DNA of 48,023 nt from Macrostomum lignano. Its lineage: Eukaryota. Below, piece by piece: positions 21,923 to 32,129 of the stretch. Below the pieces are notes generated by a model that did no database searches, was not told the origin of the DNA, and saw nothing but the letters and a program-made list of their open reading frames with translations. The number at the start of each line of letters is the position of its first letter. Within the stretch, counting starts at the first letter, position 1. Both the position numbers and the translations under genes were made by a program. The DNA lies in the NCBI GenBank assembly GCA_002269645.1, contig NIVC01004379.1, positions 1 through 48,023 of the forward strand, written 5' to 3'.

Positions 21923-22532
21923 TTAGGGTGAGCCAAAAGTTTCCGGAATTTTTTAGAATCGAACTTTTAGTTAATTTTTGTCTATGGAAAAGCTTAAAAG
22001 CAGCAACCATCTACTATGCTGTTGGCCAGCCTTATCATCACTCTTTAGCTTAACATTGCTCAGTTTCCCAGACCCTGCCTACTTAAGCCAACAAACGCAT
22101 CCAATGGAACTGCCAAGAACTGAATGGCGAGCAATTCTGCTCAGCCACTTTCATGCGGGACGCAACGCAGCAGAGGCACATCGCAAGTTGTTGCAGCTGA
22201 TGGGCCCACATGCACCCTCCAAGTCGTCGGTGTACGACTGGTTCTCTCGCTTTGCTGAGGAGAACTATGAGCTGAAGGACAAGCCGAGGTCAGGCCGACC
22301 CCCTGCTGCTGATGGCGATGCCGTTCTCCAAGCCCTTGAGGACAATTATCCAGACTACAGCGTGCGCAAGCTGTCAGCCGCTACTGGGGTGTCCTATGGC
22401 ACGGTCCAGCGGAGCCTGCATGCTGCGGACAAGGTGCCAAAGAAGCCAACTCTGGTTGGCTGCCGAAGAGACCACTTTTTTACCATTTTTCGGTTTTGCA
22501 CATGCTAAAAATATGCTCGCTGGACACCCTAA
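21923..22532 (+). mobile_element. Truncated Tc1/mariner (mariner-type) element retaining only the transposase DNA-binding N-terminus
   Basis: TA|TTAGGGTGAGCCAAAAGTTTCCGG resembles mariner TIRs; right end has only the partial inverse CACCCTAA (22525-22532); no DD34D domain. Confidence 0.8.
22104..22508 (+). pseudogene. Mariner transposase N-terminal bipartite HTH fragment
   Basis: MELPRTEWRAILLSHFHAGRNAAEAHRKL...SKSSVYDWFSRF...LKDKPRSGRP...SVRKLSAATGVSYGTVQRSL is a Mos1/Hsmar1-type HTH1-GRPR-HTH2; catalytic domain absent. Confidence 0.85.
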
Positions 22533-24128
22533 CTAGGGCCTATAGTATGACTTAAATTGTACTTACAATTTAAAGGGTCTAGTAAAAATGCACCAAGGAT
22601 TCATTCTCCAAGGTAGCTACATAGCCTATGCCATATCAAGGGGTCATCAAATGTGTGCTGGGGCCTATGAGACATTGCAACAAAAAAGGACCTTTTTGCC
22701 ACTCTGTATTAAAAATGTGCTAGGCCTAGATGGCTATCTTCCATAGCAACTTTTCTTATAGAGGTTTTAAGGACATTTCTGACACTATCTACTCTAATCT
22801 AACATTTGTTAGGCCTATTTAATAATGGCCAAATGGCCAATATTTAATAATTACTAATTGGCCATGACCATGACATGAGTCATGACTATGACAATTGACA
22901 ATATAGCATACCAAACTGAAAGATAAATATATCTAATAATTGTTTTTAAAGTAATAAGTGTTTTGTTTTATGTTTTTTATATACAATTTATGTAATTATA
23001 TTATTGTTATTATTAGGCCTATTCATTACATTTATAAGCCAAATTACTAAGTATTATTATATATAATATATATAGACCTATAATAATATTATGCAAGAAA
23101 CCTTAATGAAGTTTCCTAAATTCACCAAGGAATCTCTTAGATCCTTAAAGGAGCCTCCTAGCTCTTAAAAGACATTTAGGAGTTAGGAGTTAGGACACTT
23201 AAGGATTTAGAAGTTAAGAGTATTCTATAACATAGGCCTCAAGTCCTCCTCATCCTTGAAGCTATTATTGGCCATGGATTAGCTAAGCATGGCAAAAAGG
23301 TAGTAGTCAGTAAATGCAAGATCTAGGTTATAAGGTAGATAGAAAAGAATGCCTAACTCAGTGCCAACAGTTTCTTATGCATTAACTAAGCTTTGTGCAC
23401 TAGTGCATTGTCATGCAAAATGATGACCTTGCAAGGTTCTAGGCACTTATTGGTCAAAACCTATTGCAGATGGTCTTGGATACAATTAGACCAACCTTGG
23501 ATACAATTTAACATTCTAGAATTAGCAAAAAAACCTAGTCTAAGTAAGGAGCTTATTTTCATCCTTGTTAGGCCTAATATCTAGTTATACTTTAACAACT
23601 TTGTTAGAAGGCATATTGGTAATGATAGATTGTATTTCATATTCATATATACTTTTGTTTTGGGCTTGCTAAGCACATTGCCAAAACAAGTGTGTTTTAT
23701 ATTGTGCTGCTAATCTCCTGGTAAACTAGTATAGAATCTAGATTTTGACAATGAAGAAAAGACAATGTCCTAGGCTTAAGGCAAGATAGAAGAAGGTTAG
23801 CAACAGCAACATAGATAGGCCTACCTTAGTAAATATTCAATGTATTAACTGTAACACCCTTTAGAAGATATTTGTGAAAAAAAAAGAAAATTTAACTTTG
23901 AATAATCTTATTTCACAGGAAAAATGCAAAGTTGGGCAAAGCTTCCTATTGTGCAAAAAGCAAGGAAAGAGCCAGTAGAGAAGCCACCTCAAGCAACTTG
24001 TAGTCATGCAACACTAAGCCCACTTAAACAAGCCATAGATTCTGCTAAACAAAAGCTGAGTATAACTAGTATTGATATCTATTCACTCAATCACTCTACC
24101 TAGAGGCAGCTTTTCACTCACTAAGAAT

Positions 24129-24397
24129 GTGGTAAGCTGGGGCGGTTTCTTGTGGTAGGTTAGGGACAGATACTTGTGGTAGGTTAGAGATGGATTCTTG
24201 TGGTAGGCTAGGATGGTTTCTTGTGGTAGGTTAGGGGTGGATTCTTGTGGTAGACTGGGACGGTTTCTTGTGGTAGGCTGGGGCGGATTCTTGTGGTAGG
24301 TTAAGGGCAGTTTCTTGGGGCAATGTGGTAGACAATTGGGTTAGCAACAAATTTTAAAAGTTCAATCACTAATTATATTAGAAATGTTACTGCTTAC
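24129..24397 (+). repeat. Second short copy of the satellite end plus adjacent unique intron sequence (paralog of ~4170-4437)
   Basis: 8 satellite units, then GGGGCAATGTGGTAGAC..GGGTTAGCAAC..TTCAATCACTAATTATATTAGAAATGTTACTGCTTAC, nearly identical to 4358-4437. Confidence 0.92.
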
Positions 24398-25001
24398 TTG
24401 GGCACTATTCAATACCACTTAAGATGTTTTGGACTCTAATAAGAATTTTTAAATCAAAACTGATTTTCATCCATCTGTTTTTTGGTTGTTGCACTATAGC
24501 ACAGGCCAAAAATTCTAAAGTTAGAAATAAATTGATAAATAAATAAATAGTGATTTTTATTCTTCATAGAAATTAACAAAGTTCTATTGAAAAAAAAGAA
24601 AATAAGTATAAATAAATTTTTGTACTTCACCAAACAATACTTTTCTCCATATTCCATAATTAACCACTCTCATACCACTCTCAAGGCCATAGATGCTTTG
24701 GCCTTCATCTTAGCCAATCTAATTTGCCTGATAGCTCTTTAACTAGCTAAAAAACATTAGTGTATTGGTCCTTTAGATCCTTAAGAGCCTTAAGACACAG
24801 AGTTTACATGCCTGCGTACAGTATTGGCGCGCTTGTGTGTGCTCCAGGAGTCAGCTCAGGACTCAGGAGTCTTTTGCCTAATCCTATTTGATGAATGAAT
24901 TTCCATAGTTTTAAAATAAACAGAAAGCATTAAACTTGGGCTTTAATGCATGTTATTTAATCCCGCTTAGCAGCAGTCACTATCCTGTCAATCAAACAAC
25001 A

Positions 25002-27694
25002 ATGCACCGGCCCAGCCTGTCAGCTTGCCAGCTCATTCTTCGCTCATTCGGTCGCAGCGGTGGCAACATTGTTGCCAGCCGCCGGTTCGCTTCATCAATG
25101 AATGTGCGCGATGCCTTGAACTCCGCCATGAGAGAGGAGATCGAGCGCGACCCTAATGTCTTCCTAATGGGCGAAGAGGTCGCACAGTACGAGGGTGCTT
25201 ATAAAGTGTCCAAGGGTCTGTGGAAATTGATGGGAGATAAACGCGTGATTGACACTCCCATCACTGAGATGGGCTTTGCCGGTGAGTGGCAAACTACGAG
25301 TATGTCTATGTCTTTCATCACCTGACTAATCACATTTCTAATCCCTTTAGAAGTCACTTATCAACCAGTCAGCTACCTGAGAAATCCTTCCCTAGCAGCC
25401 TGAGAAATCCCTCCTTAGCAACCTGAGAAATCCTTCCCTAGCAACCTGAGAAATCCCTCCCTAGCAACCTGAGAAACCCCCCCCTAGCAACCTGAGAAAT
25501 CCCTCCCTAGCAACCTGAGAAATCCTTCCCTATCAGCCTGAGAAATCCTTAGCAACCTGAGAAATCCTTCCCTAGCAACTATTGTGTACCTGGTAAATCC
25601 TCCCCTAGAAATCATTTAGAAACTTAAGAAATACTCCCACTAGCAACAATTCAACCCCTGAATAAATGCTTTAGCAACCACTCAGTACCTCGAACCCCTT
25701 TTGGGCCACTCTACATCACTGATTAAAAGTGAAATACTTGTCGCAATCGCCACCTCAGGTCTGGCCGTGGGAGCAGCCATGGCCGGTCTCCGGCCGATCT
25801 GCGAGTTCATGACCTTCAACTTCTCGATGCAGGCCATAGATCACGTGATCAATAGTGCGGCTAAAACCTACTACATGAGCGCCGGCGATGTCAAGGTGCC
25901 AATCGTATTTCGCGGGCCCAACGGAGCCGCTGCCGGTGTGGCGGCCCAGCATTCGCAGGACTTCGCCTCATGGTACTCTCACTGCCCCGGGCTGAAAGTG
26001 AGTCTTTCAATAGCCGCCCTGCTTCTGATTTTGCGTTGTGGTAACTTTTTCCAGCGCCTATAGCAACCGAATTAGACATTATTAGACATTACATCCCTAG
26101 CAACCAGATGTGGCAGCCCTAGCAACTAGATTTAACAGCCTTAGCAACTAGATTTGACATCCTTTGCAACCCTAGTAACCAGATTTGACAGCCCTAGCAA
26201 CCAGATTTATCATCTCTAGCAACCCGATTTGGCATCCCTAGCAACCAAATTTGGATTTCCTAGCAACCAGATTTGGCAGTCCTAGAAATTAGATTTGAGC
26301 GTCCTTAGCAATCCATAGTTCACATCCCTAGCAACCGGATTTTGAATCTCTAGCCTTATATTTAGCATCCCTAGCAACCAGATTTCGAATCTCTAGCCTC
26401 ATATTTATCATCCCTAGCAACCAGATTTGGAATCTTTAGCCTCAAATTTAGCATCCCTAGCAACCAAATTAGGATTTCCTAGCAACCATACGAGTATTTG
26501 GCATTCCTAGCAACTAAATTTAGCATCCTCGGCAATCAAGTTTGGCGTCCCTAGCAACCCGGTTTGACATGACATCCTTAGCAACCAGATTTAGCGCCCC
26601 TAGCAACTATATTTGTCCAACACTGAAAGGTACCTGGTAGCTTTCCAACATCTTGCAAAAATTTCTAGTGCATTTTATTGAGAAACTGACAGGCACGCCC
26701 CATCCTTTGCACTCTTGCGCAGGTCGTGTCCCCGTGGAACAGCGAGGACGCTCGCGGCCTATTGAAGGCCGCCATCCGGGACAACGATCCTGTTGTTTGC
26801 CTCGAAAACGAAATGATGTACGGCGTCAGCTTTGAAGTGTCGCCCGAGTGCGAGTCTAAGGATTTTCTCATTCCCATTGGCAAGGTGACGAGCTTAATTT
26901 TTTTTAACATTTCTCTGTTCTATTTATCTCTAGCATTGTAAGTCATATTCCAGCCTCATTGTGAGTCATATTCCAGCCTCATTGTGAGTCATATTCCAGC
27001 CTCATTGTGAGTCATATTCCAGTCTCATTGTGAGTCATATTCCAGTCTCATTGTGAGTCATATTCCAGTCTCATTATGGCTCATATTCCAGTCTCACTGT
27101 GAGTCATATTCCAGTCTCATTGTGAGTCATATTCCACTCTCATTATGGCTCATATTCCAATCTCATTGTGAGTCATATTCCAGTCTCATTGTGAGTCATT
27201 CCAAGCTCATCATAGCTCATAGTTCAGTGAACTTCGCTGCCAAATCCATCCCAAATCAATCCGAATCCCAAATCCCCCAACCGCAGGCCAAGATAGAAAT
27301 CCCCGGCAACCACATCAGCCTCATCTCGTACGGCAAGTTTGTCGGCCTCTGCGTCGAAGCCGCCGCCGAGCTGGCCAAAGAGGGCATCCAGTGCGAGGTG
27401 CTGAACCTGCGCACCCTCCGGCCACTGGACGAGGAGGCCATCGTGAAGTCGGTGATGAAGACTCACCACGTGGTCACGGTGGAGAGCTGCTGGCCCCAGT
27501 GCGGCATGGGGGCGGAGATCGCGGCCAGAATCATGGAGTCGCAGGCATTCGACTATCTGGACGCTCCGCTGACCAGAATGACCGGGGCGGATGTACCGAT
27601 GCCCTACGCCCAGGCCCTGGAGGCGGCGGCCCTGCCTCAGGTGGCCGACATCGTCCGAGTGGTTCGTCGCACTTTAAATCGCGCGGCCAAGTAA
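25002..27694 (+). CDS. PDHB: Pyruvate dehydrogenase E1 beta subunit, mitochondrial; 4 exons, 362 aa
   Basis: Exons 25002-25281, 25759-25997, 26723-26884, 27287-27694 (1089 nt, GT-AG, phases consistent). Motifs [70 protein letters not shown]; Arg/Ser-rich transit-peptide-like N-terminus. Confidence 0.98.
25375..25580 (+). repeat. 23-bp minisatellite in PDHB intron 1
   Basis: CCCTAGCAACCTGAGAAATCCYT x~8. Confidence 0.92.
26055..26610 (+). repeat. Diverged ~22-bp minisatellite in PDHB intron 2
   Basis: Recurrent CCCTAGCAACCAGATTTGGCAT-like units. Confidence 0.88.
26939..27200 (+). repeat. 23-bp minisatellite in PDHB intron 3
   Basis: TGTGAGTCATATTCCAGTCTCAT x~11. Confidence 0.93.
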
Positions 27695-28012
27695 ATAAAG
27701 AAAAACAGCTCATCCTATGTATTGTACTGGATTACCTAATTAGTTCGATGCATAGATTAGCTACAGGAATTTCTAATTAATTAGCTATAGCAACCAGCGA
27801 CTGGACTGGGCCTTGGTGCGGTCTGGCTCAGCCTTTTTGTGTTTTGTCTCGCACCTCTCACTCTCAGATGAGCGAATTATAACAATATATTATAGATATT
27901 AGTAGTTGTTTTCGAATAGATATGAAATAGAATTGTTTTGTAATTTTAATTTTAATTTTGCTTTTTTGTCTACATGTACTCACTTTTGTTGCCAAGGGCG
28001 TCTTAGAAATTA

Positions 28013-28240
28013 GAGGTCAAATGACCCCTGAATCGCAATAGGGAGGTCAGATAACCCCTTTATCGTATTAGAGAGTTCAGATGACCCTTGTATCGCAATA
28101 GGGAGGTCAGATGACCCCTGTATCGCAATGGGAAGGTCAGGGGACCCTTTTTTGAATGGGTGGGTCATAAGACCCCTTTTATTTGAGTTAGGAGGTCAGA
28201 TGACCCCTGTATTTAAGCGTCAGGACAGGTTGACCCTTGC
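28013..28240 (+). repeat. ~30-bp tandem repeat with an internal GGTCA-nn-TGACC palindrome
   Basis: GAGGTCAGATGACCCCTGTATCGCAATAGG-like units x~7, decaying rightwards. Confidence 0.8.
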
Positions 28241-29267
28241 GTTGTAATTTAGTCATATAAATGCGTCTGTTGAGCTTCTTTTTAAACAGTCAAGATGTCC
28301 CTTGCAACAATGTCGATGGGATCTAACTAATAAGACAGCAGTCTACTACTTCGTAATGCAGGAATTGCAGTGGCTTGATGTTGCTCCCAGACTCCTTAAT
28401 ATACAAATTATATCTCCCGCCAATATTGCTTTTGAAGTGCGCGTTGAACACTTGAAAATGAATAGATTTCTTCGCTAATTTTAATTTGCCGCGGATAGTA
28501 ATTTTCTAGTTCTTTCTCTAGATACTACTTATAGTTGCTCGTGAGTAGTAGCGTCGGCATTCGGCCGAAAGCGACTATATTATAATTTAGTTTTGTTAAT
28601 CGTCCGCAGCAATCAAATTTTTGTTGTTCGTCTGTTTTCTCGACTTTTCTTTATTTCTTTGCTACTAAATTACTGGAACGTAAAGTAGTATATTAGGCAC
28701 ATTGTAGTTATAAATATAATAAAAATCGTATAGAAGAAATACATATATGCACATTGACAGCACTGAGTGGATTCTAATCTAACTGGTACACCTCTGCTGT
28801 CTTCTTGCTACTAATTTTGCTGGATTCCACACTGCTAGTATCTGTCATCACCAAATTGCCTGTTTTACAAGTGTTCAACACTTCTTTTTTGATTCAGAAA
28901 AATATTACCACGGACCATGGGTCCAGTAGACACTGGTGTGCTGGGTGGAATAGCATAGATTTAAGATAATGATCGGGAAACATGGTTTTGAAATAAATAC
29001 CACCAGATGGTAGTTTATTAATTTACACAGCTTTTTGTACAACCCTCGTAACATTTTGTAATGAGTAATATACATTTATATACAAGCATGATCTGTTACT
29101 ATAGGCGTGTGTACAGTGGTGAATCTTCAAAAATGTGAGTTAGTATGACTTAAAACACAAAGATTCTGGTCCTTGATGACGTGGAGGTCCTAGGAAAAAG
29201 GTAAACTCAAAAAACAGCTGTCTGCTTGCGTCCGATTGTCATGTCACCCTTGCACGCAGTTCGTACA

Positions 29268-32129
29268 TTAAGAAGCGTTACCTAGAGAGCTCGGACTCTT
29301 CAGCCTGAAGTTCAGCCTCTCTTCAACTTCCTCAATCATGTCCAACTCTTTGTCCATTTTGATACTCAACGATCGCATTCTAAGCAGGCAATGCTTGAGC
29401 TGCTCAGCGTCGCGCGAGAACTTGGCGAACAGGTACAACTCGTAGATGTCGTTAGAGTCCTCTTCAGAACACAGCTCCGAGTACCACTGCGACACGAGCT
29501 CGCCGGACCGTTCTGGGATGAGACACATGCTGAGAACTTTGAGAGCGGCGTCGAAATTGACAAAGTAGGCGAAGTCGAGCAGCAGGTGGCCCGGCAGCTG
29601 GTAGAAGCCGAAAGCCGACTCGTCGAGTTTTCCGGTCACGTGATCGGACAGGAACCCGAAGTCCAGCTTCTCATTAAAGTAGAAGCAGAACTTCCAAGCG
29701 CAGTTGCTAGTCTCCAGCTGATGGAGAACAATTCTTTTGGCATCGTCCACAGACTGGGGATGCTGGAAGTCGATGCTTCTCTTCGCTTGAATGCCTTCGG
29801 AATCTTTTAGCACCTGCCTGGCCGATGACAAACTGCCAAGCTTCAGGTGTAGCAGCACTCTTAGCACCGCTCTAACAGTAGCGGCTGCTCTCTCCGGCAG
29901 AGAGTCGATGTCGCGACTAAGATCTTCGCAGCGCTCACCTGTGCAGCGCGGGTTGCCAATGTCGGCGAGAATTTTAAACAGCATGGGATAAATATCCTGA
30001 TACCGGGCCAGCTGACCCGACTCAAGTTTTTTCGGCCGCTTGAATGGGGTGACGAGTTCGATGAGGCTGAACGGCTGGAACACGAACGGCGACTCCGAGC
30101 CAAGCCGCAGTGGCCGCAGCTGCTCGCTCATGTAGCTCGCCAGAATCGAGCGCACGTCGCGCCGCGCCGCCTGCAGGCAGCGAACGAGGGCTCGCCTGTC
30201 AGCGGCCGAGCCAGTCTTGAAGTACACCCAGGCATCCCGGATGAAGAAGTGCGGCATGCAGTTTGAGGCTCCGTACTCTTCGCTCTCGATGACGAACTGC
30301 TCGAAACGGTGCAGAGCGGCAACGACCAGCCACTCCAGCCTGTCTGCCGTCCATTGCTCCTCGGGAATCTCGCACACCAGATAGAACATGAGCGTCTTCG
30401 AGTGGTAGGACTTCAGCCCTTTAGCAGCCAATACTTGCTTGAATATGTACTTAACAAGCACGAATACCTGGCCCTGGCAGGTGCTCAGCTGTCGAAGAAT
30501 CGCCTTCTCCAACGAAGTGCAACTGATGCGCATTTCCATCACGTCGGTGCATTCCGGTCGCACAGACCGGACGAATTCCACTTCCGGATTAGCCGGAAAT
30601 TCAAATCGCTTTGGCAGCTTTGACAGACTTGTGCGCAGCTCAATCGGGATGCAGCAGCTCGGCCGGAACGAGCAGAAGTCCATCGATGGCCGCACTCCCA
30701 CGCCTATATCCGTCCTGCTGGGCTTGTCGCCGCACACGTCCGGCAGTCTGAGGAAGCCCTCCTCCAGCCTGTAGGTTGGCGCAACCAGACACTTGCAGGA
30801 GCCCTCAACGTGCACCGGATTCCTCTGTTGCACGCTCATGTCAACATCGGAGCTGCTGGCCACGCTTCCGTTCAGGCGCTGCAGGCTGCTGCCCCAGCCA
30901 TCGGCGAAACTTCCTGACGCTTTGCGCTTGTCGAATCGGTCGCGCAGCTCTGAGATGTTGCCCAGCTCAGCCAGGAGGTCCGCCGCCCCAGCCTGGAAGA
31001 CTGCGCGGTGGCTGCTGTAGCCGGAGTCGAGCATAGCGCGATGGAGCTTCAACGAGAACTCTTCAGAGGACAGTTGAACTGCCTGTTCGTTCAGCACCAA
31101 CTCGAACTGGTAGAGTTTGCAAATCTTGCTGGAGTCGCAGCTCGGAGTGCCGTTCAAATTAACGATGAGAATCTGTGCGCAGCTGTGACTTCCGTGAACC
31201 TCCGCGACATCGAGAGCTGTGCGACCCCTTGAATCAGTAGCTTTCGGGTCTAGCTTTCCGGACAGCAGCCTCATCGTTTTGCTGCTGTCATGCGTGGCGG
31301 CTACGTGCAGAGCTGTTCCATGATCACTGCTGCTGCTAATCACATCGTCCATGTTGTCCAGGAGTAGCTGCGCGACCGTGTGATGATCTCGCTGGCAGCT
31401 GTACATCAAAGGAGTGAACCCGTTCTTGTCCCGCGCCTCTAGCATCTGTCTGATCGTTTCCTTGACGCAGTTCGACAGCAAATACTGCGCAATCTCCAGG
31501 TGACCATCGCGACAGGCAAAGTGCAATGCGGTGAGGCCCCTGTACTGCGCGCAGGTCCTGTCCACGCCCGCACCCAGCAGCATCCGCACGATGGTGGCGT
31601 GCCCGGGTCTGGCCGACACGATCAGCGCCGTGGACTTGTTGCTGTTCCTGGCGTTGAGGTCAAGCGAACGCAACTTCAGTAGAGAGGCCACCAGTTTCTC
31701 GTGTCCCCTGCTAGCGGCCATTATCAGGGGGGTTGTGCCGTCCTCCCTGCTGAGGTTGCAGTCGATGCTGGGGTGGTCGATGAGCGCCTGGGCGAGCTTG
31801 ACCTCGCCTTTGCCGACCGCGTCAACCAGCATCGGGCTGCTCATCCCGCCGGGTTCGTCCCGCTTCTGGTTGGGATCGGCCTGCCCGGCCTTGACCATGG
31901 CTTCGAGCTCGGCATAGTTTCTTGCCTGAATCAAATCAGCAACTGAGGACGCGTTCCGTTGCCAAGTGTCGCGTACAAGCCTTCTGTCGCTGCTGACTCG
32001 CCGGAAACGGAGCCGCTTGGACTTGCGGTGCACTGCCAGCCCGATGAGAACTGTCGCCAGAGCGACAGCTGCCAGCGCAAGCGCTAGCAGTTGCGAAATT
32101 TCCAACACCGCCGCTTCAGTTTGTGACAT
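29268..32129 (-). CDS. Transmembrane anchor + ~7-8 ankyrin repeats + Mab-21/cGAS-like nucleotidyltransferase (cGLR) + helical C-terminus; 953 aa from Met at 32129 (ORF open to 32372)
   Basis: TM LLALALAAVALATVLIGLAV followed by HRKSKRLRFRR; ankyrin repeats TTPLIMAASRGH, STALIVSARPGH, LTALHFACRDGH, FTPLMYSCQRDH, TALHVAATHD, RTALDVAEVHG; NTase motif SGSFADG..SDVD (30914-30840); Mab-21 C-domain MRISCTSLEK..LVKYIF..LKSYHSKTLMFYL..W..CMPHFFI. Confidence 0.9.
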   Translation of the reverse strand: MSQTEAAVLEISQLLALALAAVALATVLIGLAVHRKSKRLRFRRVSSDRRLVRDTWQRNASSVADLIQARNYAELEAMVKAGQADPNQKRDEPGGMSSPMLVDAVGKGEVKLAQALIDHPSIDCNLSREDGTTPLIMAASRGHEKLVASLLKLRSLDLNARNSNKSTALIVSARPGHATIVRMLLGAGVDRTCAQYRGLTALHFACRDGHLEIAQYLLSNCVKETIRQMLEARDKNGFTPLMYSCQRDHHTVAQLLLDNMDDVISSSSDHGTALHVAATHDSSKTMRLLSGKLDPKATDSRGRTALDVAEVHGSHSCAQILIVNLNGTPSCDSSKICKLYQFELVLNEQAVQLSSEEFSLKLHRAMLDSGYSSHRAVFQAGAADLLAELGNISELRDRFDKRKASGSFADGWGSSLQRLNGSVASSSDVDMSVQQRNPVHVEGSCKCLVAPTYRLEEGFLRLPDVCGDKPSRTDIGVGVRPSMDFCSFRPSCCIPIELRTSLSKLPKRFEFPANPEVEFVRSVRPECTDVMEMRISCTSLEKAILRQLSTCQGQVFVLVKYIFKQVLAAKGLKSYHSKTLMFYLVCEIPEEQWTADRLEWLVVAALHRFEQFVIESEEYGASNCMPHFFIRDAWVYFKTGSAADRRALVRCLQAARRDVRSILASYMSEQLRPLRLGSESPFVFQPFSLIELVTPFKRPKKLESGQLARYQDIYPMLFKILADIGNPRCTGERCEDLSRDIDSLPERAAATVRAVLRVLLHLKLGSLSSARQVLKDSEGIQAKRSIDFQHPQSVDDAKRIVLHQLETSNCAWKFCFYFNEKLDFGFLSDHVTGKLDESAFGFYQLPGHLLLDFAYFVNFDAALKVLSMCLIPERSGELVSQWYSELCSEEDSNDIYELYLFAKFSRDAEQLKHCLLRMRSLSIKMDKELDMIEEVEERLNFRLKSPSSLGNAS

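Noticed and set aside
27053-27286. N-terminal part of the 213-aa ORF
   Set aside because: Read-through of the intron 3 minisatellite; the true exon starts at 27287
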